IMG/VR virus record: IMGVR_UViG_3300037424_002814
Location: 1 to 42,220 of that record
Direction: 5' to 3' (one strand)
Length of the DNA: 42,220 nucleotides
Origin: a virus
Lineage: Duplodnaviria; Caudoviricetes
Positions 36,136 through 42,220 of this stretch are shown here, piece after piece (positions within the stretch are counted from its first letter, which is position 1; every line of letters begins with the position of its first letter). Under the pieces are notes generated by a model. The model ran no database searches. It was not told where the DNA came from and worked only from the letters and a program-made list of their open reading frames with translations. The translations under genes and the position numbers were made by a program.

Positions 36136-36577
36136 GGCGTATGTGCTTCAAGAAAAATTCGTCTCGATTTCTCACCCGATACACCTTTTCCGGCCTGCCT
36201 TGCGGGCTCTTCTTTTTGCCGATGGCCTCGATCTCCCCGGCCTTAACCAGGCGATTTACCGGGTACCGGGCCAGGCGAGGATATGTGTCTGCCAGTAAGG
36301 CGATCTCCCGCACGGAAAACCGGATCTTCACGTGCATGGCCCGGAAAAGCCGGGACCAGATCTCCGGCGATTGTTGGTAGAGAGCCACCTTTTTGTAGCG
36401 GTACCAGCCACGCTCGACCTTCTCGATTTCCCCACGCCGCTTCATCGGCAGTATTGAATGATAAAACCTTCCAATCGGTACCCCGAGCTCTCGCGCGACA
36501 ATGCAGGCGGAAAAAGGGCCGTCGATTTTGCCGATATGCCGCCTAATTTTAGTGGTTATGCTGGTTGACTTAGGCAT
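36110..36577 (-). CDS. Tandem winged-helix protein
   Basis: Two FS..E/IA...G(E)IE repeats; GRPEKVYR. Confidence 0.7.
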   Translation of the reverse strand: MPKSTSITTKIRRHIGKIDGPFSACIVARELGVPIGRFYHSILPMKRRGEIEKVERGWYRYKKVALYQQSPEIWSRLFRAMHVKIRFSVREIALLADTYPRLARYPVNRLVKAGEIEAIGKKKSPQGRPEKVYRVRNRDEFFLKHIRHETRQRTT

Positions 36578-37274
36578 TTTCGCGGGCAACCCCGTTTCCA
36601 CAAATCTTCGCGACCACCTCATCGGTGATCTTTTTGAGGCTGTTGATCTTCATGCGGCGCTCAATTTTAAGGGCATCGGTAAGTACCTGGCGAAAATCCC
36701 CGCCGCAATGCTGTACCAAACTTTTAACTTGTCCGGGTGTCGGAGATTGCTCCAGGGCCGTGCGGTAAAAATGTATGATGTCGGTCTGCGTCACCGGCTG
36801 GAATTGAATAATATTGCGCGTGCGGGAGATGAGCCTACGCTCATGATTGAGTTTCCGAATTAGCAACGCTTCCCCAATCATCACCACCGGCACAGAATAG
36901 AGATCGTGAATATCCCTCAGTGTATTAAGATGGCGTGGGCAGAGCCGGTCGGCCTCATCCGCTATCAACATGATGCGCTGATGCGAGAGCCCTTCCTTTA
37001 GCGCGGTCTGGCATTCCTGCATGGTGCGGCACAAATCGCCGGTCAAGGCAGCAGTGACTTCTATTAAAAAACCCGCCGGGGAGCGCCCCGGGGTGAGCCG
37101 CACGAAGCGGACATCCGCGTTTTCCACGGCGATACGCTCGGCAGCCGTGCTTTTCCCCCTGCCGGCATTGCCCACTACTGCTACCATCTCCACCCCGTGG
37201 GCATTTGACATGCACCCCTCGCACTCGGCCTTCAACTGCTGGTAATTCTCCGTGGGAACAAAGACATCTTTCAT
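36570..37274 (-). CDS. B: Transposition ATPase MuB-like (AAA+)
   Basis: FVPTEN N-terminus, GNAGRGKS Walker A, MLIADEAD Walker B, LRDIHD, PVVMIG, GDFR. Confidence 0.92.
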   Translation of the reverse strand: MKDVFVPTENYQQLKAECEGCMSNAHGVEMVAVVGNAGRGKSTAAERIAVENADVRFVRLTPGRSPAGFLIEVTAALTGDLCRTMQECQTALKEGLSHQRIMLIADEADRLCPRHLNTLRDIHDLYSVPVVMIGEALLIRKLNHERRLISRTRNIIQFQPVTQTDIIHFYRTALEQSPTPGQVKSLVQHCGGDFRQVLTDALKIERRMKINSLKKITDEVVAKICGNGVARENA

Positions 37275-37276
37275 TA

Positions 37277-37834
37277 TCAAGCACCCCCTTCGCCGAACTG
37301 CGTCACAATGAACCTCCCAAACGGGCCACCACACTGCGGACGAAAGTCCCCGATTCCGACATACCGGCCTGCATAATCCAGGACTTCCTTGAGCACCTCC
37401 TTGGGCACCTCTTCCGCATCGAATTCCATCACAAACGAGAATGACCATTGTTTGAGTAGGGGGCGCTCCCTGACAATCCGCGCTTTCTTAATAACCACCG
37501 GCGAGCGGTAGATCCCCCATTCTTGACGATCATGGGCGATGAGGTCCGGATAAATCACCACAATTCCCGACCCCATGATGCTCCTGTAGGTCTCCTTGCT
37601 CCTGCCGGGGACTTGGAACTTTGCCCCTCCCTTTTTCAGCGCCCCGATGATGTGGGACGCCGGCTGGCAGATAATCCCCTTTTCGTCACGGTACAGATAG
37701 GATTCTACGTCGTCTTTGGTCTGCTTTTGGTTGCGCTTGGTGCTTTTGGCATCTGTATCCGTCATGGGATATCTGTGCTGTAGCAATCCTGGTGGCAACC
37801 CTTCGAGCTTCACCTTGACCTTTGTAATCTCCAT
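37277..37834 (-). CDS. Solo Cas7/RAMP-like protein
   Basis: N-terminal VKVKLEGLPPGLLQH strand, QPASHIIGAL (cf. IPxSxlKGxl), WSFSF strand, C-terminal Gly loop VGIGDFRPQCGGPFGRF; GAAAGGAG RBS. Confidence 0.72.
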   Translation of the reverse strand: MEITKVKVKLEGLPPGLLQHRYPMTDTDAKSTKRNQKQTKDDVESYLYRDEKGIICQPASHIIGALKKGGAKFQVPGRSKETYRSIMGSGIVVIYPDLIAHDRQEWGIYRSPVVIKKARIVRERPLLKQWSFSFVMEFDAEEVPKEVLKEVLDYAGRYVGIGDFRPQCGGPFGRFIVTQFGEGGA

Positions 37835-37867
37835 CGCCGTACTCCTTTCGTTAAAGTGTTGTATTGC

Positions 37868-37985
37868 GCCTCACCTTGCCTTGGCTCGCCTCGCCATGCC
37901 TCGCCTTGCCAGACCAGGCCTTGCCACGCCTCGCCAGACCTTGCCCCACCTGGCCTCGCCGTGCCTAGCCATGCCCTGCCCCACC
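37868..37985 (-). repeat. Phased (GGY-NN) pentamer array, 24 units; candidate guide ncRNA
   Basis: 24 triplets at exact 5-nt period, 23 are GGC/GGT (one GCC), separated by 23 variable dinucleotides; intergenic. Confidence 0.9.
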
Positions 37986-37992
37986 AAATTCT

Positions 37993-40311
37993 TTATTCGA
38001 TGCGTGCCCCATCAAAAGACTCCTTTGCCACAGCCAATCCGATCCCTTCCTTATATGACTGCCAGAAAGCAAAGGTCGTCTTATCCATCGCCGCTTCGAG
38101 CTGGGCGACAAAGGCAAGCTCGTCCTCGCGCACACCCTTGCCCGCGAGCTGCCTGCCCAGGATCCACGTATATCGCTCGATCTCCGTGGCGAAAATCGGG
38201 CGGGATTCTTCCACAAAACGTTCCTGCTGCTCGACCTCGGCATTGAGCTCCTCAATCGTTTTCGGCCGGAAGCGCTCGGCCTCGGTCAGCGCCTGCTGCC
38301 TACGCTTGCGCCCTACGATAGCGGCGGCCTTTTCGGCATCAGGCACCTGGGAGTATTGGATAAAGTCGGGGATCTTGGATGTTAAGGCGTGGTATTCATC
38401 GAGGAATTGTCTGCGCAGGGCGCGCTTTTGGGCGATCTTTTTGGCCGCCAGGTCCTTATCTTTCATAGAGGAATACTCGACCGGCTTGACCTCGCAGATG
38501 AACTCGTCATTGTGAAAGACCAGGGCCCAGCCGGGGTCGAGCGGATCGTACCGGCAATCGACCTTTTTGCCTGTCAAGGGGACCAGGGCATCATGCCCGT
38601 ACAAAGTCTTGTTGATCCTCACCCGCCCCCGGTCCACTGCCCGCTGCTGTCTCGGGAGGAAGACCATGTCGATGAGCTGCTCGGATACCCTGGTCGGCTT
38701 CCACTCGCCGGCCAGGTAGCTCTGGGCCAGGCATTGCATGGGCGTGGCCTCCTTTGGTTTCGGTTTCCACGCCCATTCCCGCAGCACCCCTCGATGCGGC
38801 TTTTGGGAATTATAAAAATCCATCGCCTTGAGACAGGCCAGGACAAACTCGCGGAAGGTAAGCAGGCCGCCTGCCCGCGCCAGGCGTTCGATCTCTTTTT
38901 GGTCGGTCTCCTGTTCTTCTTGCGTGGCGTGTAGATCCTTGACGTGGCCCGGCACCTTAAGCTGATTGCGCAGGATAGATTCAAAAGAGGCGAACGTTCC
39001 CTCGATCATCTTCGCCTTGGCATTCCGGACAATGGCCCGGGTGTGGGAGCCCGGCAAGTGCACCATACAGTGCAGCTCCTCCGGGTCGGCTCCGTCGAGC
39101 TCCGCGTAGATCTCCTCGGTCTGCGCCGCAGCCAATCCTAGCGCCCGCATCTCCTTGAGCACCCCCATGATGTAGCGGGATTCTTCCGGCCGGCCATTAT
39201 CCGTGTAGATTGAGCCGAACGGCCCGAAGACCCGCATGCCCATCCTGAGGGCCAGCCCCATGAGCTGCGCGTCGTATTTTTTTGCGATGGCGCCGCCGTA
39301 AAAGCCGCGCGTGCGCAGGTCCTGCCAAAAGTAGCCCTCCGGGCGGAAGACCTCGCCGGTCTCCTCATCCGTTACCCAGAAATCGAAGCGGTGCTGGTCC
39401 CCCACCAGGATCTCGAAGGGCATAAGATCGCTGTAATCCCGCACCACCGGCGGCAGGAGATTATCCAGGGCGCGCAGCCCGCCCTTTTGTAAAGCCTCGA
39501 ACTGCGGGATGACTCTCTTCCGATACCACCACAGGGCGGATGAGTATGATCCGATGCGCCAGCTGCGCTTGGCTGCCTCCAGGCAAAGGCACTCGTAGAG
39601 AGGTCCCTTGTCGATCTTGCGGTGCGGCCCCTTAAGGCAGAGGCCGGTCCAAAAATCGATGGCTGCCTCATCCCACGCCCGCGACTGCCCCCGGGTGCTT
39701 TTGGTATGCTTCAAGCCCGCATGGCCTTTCTCGCGATAGGTCTTCATCCACCGCTGCGCCGTAGAAAGGTGGATCCCTTCCCGGAGCGCCAGCGCCCGCA
39801 GGTGCTTCGTCTTGCCTGTGCCATTCTGGGGGCGGAGAGCCTCCTGCACAAAGCGGGCGATATATCCCACCCGGTCATTGGAGAGAACATCTGCGGAGAG
39901 TTCTCCGTATACATTTGAGGAGGGAACGGAAGCCTCGCCTGCTCGCTGCTCCCGATACTTTTGGGGGGCCGCATGGGATAGGGAGGGAAGTCCCCCACCG
40001 CTGGAATCAGAAGTGGGGATCCCGCACGAAGTGCGCGGGAGGGAATGTTGCGCGGCCACAAGCGAGGCCTCCGGTGAGAGCTGGGGGACGATAGAACAGC
40101 CGGCATGAATCCCATGCTCGGCCACGTACTTCTTTTGTAGCTCCGGGGAAAGGCAGGAGACGTGGATCTGATAGGTGCGGCCGCCATTGCCGCCGCGGGA
40201 AGAGACCTCGCGGGTCTTGGGGTATTTGCCTTCCTTAATACGCTTCCTGATTGCTCTCGTCGTTATCTCTTCCATTTTTGCCACCGCCCCCACCGCCAAC
40301 CATCCGTCCAT
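37993..40311 (-). CDS. A: Mu-like DDE transposase A
   Basis: N-terminal HTH and wing (GGNGGRTYQI), LVGDQH / YTDNG / KMIE catalytic triad, YNSQKPH, RYDPLD C-terminal domain; start may be 40362. Confidence 0.95.
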   Translation of the reverse strand: MDGWLAVGAVAKMEEITTRAIRKRIKEGKYPKTREVSSRGGNGGRTYQIHVSCLSPELQKKYVAEHGIHAGCSIVPQLSPEASLVAAQHSLPRTSCGIPTSDSSGGGLPSLSHAAPQKYREQRAGEASVPSSNVYGELSADVLSNDRVGYIARFVQEALRPQNGTGKTKHLRALALREGIHLSTAQRWMKTYREKGHAGLKHTKSTRGQSRAWDEAAIDFWTGLCLKGPHRKIDKGPLYECLCLEAAKRSWRIGSYSSALWWYRKRVIPQFEALQKGGLRALDNLLPPVVRDYSDLMPFEILVGDQHRFDFWVTDEETGEVFRPEGYFWQDLRTRGFYGGAIAKKYDAQLMGLALRMGMRVFGPFGSIYTDNGRPEESRYIMGVLKEMRALGLAAAQTEEIYAELDGADPEELHCMVHLPGSHTRAIVRNAKAKMIEGTFASFESILRNQLKVPGHVKDLHATQEEQETDQKEIERLARAGGLLTFREFVLACLKAMDFYNSQKPHRGVLREWAWKPKPKEATPMQCLAQSYLAGEWKPTRVSEQLIDMVFLPRQQRAVDRGRVRINKTLYGHDALVPLTGKKVDCRYDPLDPGWALVFHNDEFICEVKPVEYSSMKDKDLAAKKIAQKRALRRQFLDEYHALTSKIPDFIQYSQVPDAEKAAAIVGRKRRQQALTEAERFRPKTIEELNAEVEQQERFVEESRPIFATEIERYTWILGRQLAGKGVREDELAFVAQLEAAMDKTTFAFWQSYKEGIGLAVAKESFDGARIE

Positions 40312-40351
40312 CTCCGGCCCTTTCCTGTCATAAAAAATTGGGTGTCCGCAT

Positions 40352-40475
40352 TGCGGAACCACCCATTTCTAACTTTTCAGCGACAACGATTTGTATTTAT
40401 TAAAGAAAAGGCGTGATTTAAGGAGTTCCGCAAAGTTCCCCAAAAAGTTCCCCAATCTCTCTTTTTTGCGGAACC
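40352..40475. promoter_or_regulatory. Cluster of GTTCCSCA motifs upstream of transposase
   Basis: Direct copies at 40425, 40435, 40447; inverted copies at 40352 and 40467. Confidence 0.45.
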
Positions 40476-40505
40476 CCCCGCATCTCGCTTCGTTGGGCAG
40501 GAGTG

Positions 40506-40997
40506 TCATTTGTCTTGATCTCCCAGTTTCCCCAGAAATTCATCCAATCTTTTCTCCGCCGCCTGGATCTCTTTTTTCATCTTCTGCAGCCGCCCTTTTT
40601 CGGTGAGCAGGATGTCTTCGCCCTCGATCATGTAGCATCCGGCCTGTTCGCATACGAAGCGGATCAGGGCATAATCCCCCGCGGCCCGGCAGAAAGCCGG
40701 GGCATATTCCAGGGGAAAGCGGTGATCCTCCTTGCTTTCGGCGGTCCAGGCATCGAGCATCCATTTGGTTACCTCTGCCCCGATCAGCTCGCTCATCCCC
40801 GCGGCCACCTGAAAGCGCGATTGTGGGCACGCCTTAAGCGTCTGGCTCACGATGCTCTTGACCTGTAGTTGGATGTTAAAAGACCCTCCCACGGTCTCCG
40901 TCTGGATCCGCTTGAGGGTCTCGTAGAGCGAGAGTTTTAGTTCAAGTTGGCCGTCTAGTGGCTTATGCGTTTTAGACATTGACATCCTGCCCTGCAT
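40506..40997 (-). CDS. Phage regulatory protein (CII-like)
   Basis: SRFQVAAGMSELIG...MLDAWTAESK..HRFPLEY; follows ner. Confidence 0.65.
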   Translation of the reverse strand: MQGRMSMSKTHKPLDGQLELKLSLYETLKRIQTETVGGSFNIQLQVKSIVSQTLKACPQSRFQVAAGMSELIGAEVTKWMLDAWTAESKEDHRFPLEYAPAFCRAAGDYALIRFVCEQAGCYMIEGEDILLTEKGRLQKMKKEIQAAEKRLDEFLGKLGDQDK

Positions 40998-41026
40998 CTC
41001 CTAAAATCGCCGGTGGGAAGAGGGAA

Positions 41027-41233
41027 TTAAGCTGCTTTACCCCACATTTCTTCGTAAGGGATGCCAAGAGCTTCTGCCACGGCTTCTTGAATTGGCCGTG
41101 AGCGCTGGCATCCGCTGATAACCACGCGCACCGTCGATGGTTTAACGGGGCGGGGCTTAACAAGGGGGGCAATCTCTTGTTGCGTGATTTTTCGCCGCTT
41201 CAATTCGGCCCTTATTTCCTTGGGGGTCATCAT
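41027..41233 (-). CDS. Ner/Cro-like HTH repressor
   Basis: MTPKEIRAELKRRKITQQEIA...VAEALG...W; divergent from repressor. Confidence 0.85.
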   Translation of the reverse strand: MMTPKEIRAELKRRKITQQEIAPLVKPRPVKPSTVRVVISGCQRSRPIQEAVAEALGIPYEEMWGKAA

Positions 41234-41267
41234 CTTTTTATTGCCTCGTCTATCTACCAACCCATTT

Positions 41268-41326
41268 TAGACAATCTAAGCACATGTGCTTATTGTTGTC
41301 AAGCGAAAAATAAGCATTTATGATTA
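41268..41326. promoter_or_regulatory. Overlapping divergent promoters and operators of lysis/lysogeny switch
   Basis: Minus TTGACA(41302-41297)-N18-TAGATT; plus TAGACA(41268)-N17-TATTGT; palindrome TAAGCACATGTGCTTA 41277-41292 and variant TAAGCATTTATGATTA 41311-41326. Confidence 0.75.
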
Positions 41327-41739
41327 AAAATAATTTATATAATAGAATTAAGGAGTTGCGAGAGAAAAAGGGGGTGTCGCAGGTCGTATTGGCAAAAAAA
41401 ATAGGGGTTCACGAGCAAACATTAAGCAGATATGAGAGGGGAATTAATGAAATCCCGGCAGATGTGCTGATAAAAATCGCCGATTTTTTGCGGCCAAGCC
41501 TGGGATGGCTTTTAATGGGAGAGGGCCCGATGTTTATAGAACAGCGGCCGGAAGCTTTGAGGATCGCCGAAGAGCGAGCCCCGTACGGTGATCTCACCCC
41601 GGAAGAGCGGGAAATTCTATCGTTGTTGCGGGAGAATCCGGAGTTAAAGGGGATATGCCGAAAGCTCCTGGGGGGCCGCAAGGCTATTAAAGAAGCCCTG
41701 GCTGATCTTCAAAAGATCCCCGACCCCTCGGAGGGATAA
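41320..41739 (+). CDS. Prophage repressor, XRE HTH
   Basis: RIKELREKKGVSQ..LA...LSRYERG...WLLMGEG; no S24 peptidase domain. Confidence 0.9.
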   Translation: MIKNNLYNRIKELREKKGVSQVVLAKKIGVHEQTLSRYERGINEIPADVLIKIADFLRPSLGWLLMGEGPMFIEQRPEALRIAEERAPYGDLTPEEREILSLLRENPELKGICRKLLGGRKAIKEALADLQKIPDPSEG

Positions 41740-41743
41740 TTAA

Positions 41744-42028
41744 ATGGAAATATTTTTTATACCGTTTATATGGTTTATCTTTGGAATTGTCAGTGCGGTT
41801 ATCGCTTCTAGTAAGGGTCGTAGTGGATGCGCCTGGTTCCTTGCTGGGGTGCTGCTTGGCCCTATAGGGTTTGTCCTCGCCCTGGTAATGGAAAAGAATC
41901 AACCGGTAATAGATAAAAAGGCTTTTGACGAGGGTAAGATGGGAAAATGCCCGTATTGTGCAGAATTAGTCAGAATGGAAGCTACGAGATGCCGCTATTG
42001 TGGTGGGATATTTAAGACTGGAGATTAA
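41744..42028 (+). CDS. Membrane protein with C-terminal zinc ribbon
   Basis: Two TM (ASSKGRS..WF..G.LLGP), CPYCAE...CRYCG; co-oriented with repressor. Confidence 0.75.
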   Translation: MEIFFIPFIWFIFGIVSAVIASSKGRSGCAWFLAGVLLGPIGFVLALVMEKNQPVIDKKAFDEGKMGKCPYCAELVRMEATRCRYCGGIFKTGD

Positions 42029-42037
42029 GGGAATTTG

Positions 42038-42090
42038 CCTCATATTTCGTTCCCATAAAGTCGCTTATCAACATAAGATAATATGCGACT
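42038..42090 (-). repeat. Putative transposase-binding sites at the repressor-side end
   Basis: 42038-42051 reads AACGAAATATGAGG on minus, matching the left-end motifs; further AGTCGCTTAT/ATATGCGACT half-sites. Confidence 0.6.
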
Positions 42091-42220
42091 GCCCCGTCCC
42101 GCGTGCGCCTAAGATATCAATAACATCGCCTATATAGCTCATCAAACCTAATATTGACGCCATCCGCAGATTACACTCCCCCCCCAACTTCGGCAGGATC
42201 GGGTGTTTCTTAGCCGGGTG

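Larger units (their letters stand above)
1..42220 (-). mobile_element. Mu-like transposable (pro)phage with non-contractile tail, near-complete genome
   Basis: Mu gene order: repressor/ner, DDE transposase, MuB ATPase, gam, gemA, gp26-29, gpF, gpI, gpT, gp36, gpG, gp37, tail, terminal DNA-modification gene. No tail sheath seen. Exact TG...CA termini not fixed. Confidence 0.95.

Noticed and set aside
37868-37985. CRISPR array, or coding repeat in ORFs 37716..38246, 37856..38515, 37965..38255
   Set aside because: No 20-50 bp repeats with spacers; a 5-nt period does not fit codons, and those ORFs overlap real genes
60-40868. Many long plus-strand ORFs (e.g. 10500..11591, 17474..18835, 9658..10545)
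   Set aside because: Antisense shadows of GC-rich minus-strand genes with no motifs

Overview
The window is an essentially complete ~42 kb Mu-like transposable (pro)phage, read mostly on the minus strand. Order from the right: repressor/ner switch, DDE transposase A, ATPase B, early accessory genes (HU, Gam, two GemA paralogues, lytic transglycosylase), lysis cassette, terminase/portal/gpF/protease/capsid, a sheath-less siphovirus-type tail module, and a Dam-like methyltransferase in the mom position. Putative transposase-binding repeats lie at both ends. The standout is a cassette inserted between A and B: a phased array of 24 GGY-NN pentamers (constant triplet, variable dinucleotide) directly upstream of a solo Cas7/RAMP-like gene, a candidate non-CRISPR RNA-guided system with a gapped guide code. 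Other notable items: an in-frame UGA with a SECIS-like hairpin in a tail-module gene, a GT9 glycosyltransferase plus SAM methyltransferase in the tail operon, two families of dispersed palindromic repeats (some inserted in frame in genes), and a Com-like gene plus leader terminator where Mu has its late activator. All calls are by eye from motifs and synteny; no searches were run.
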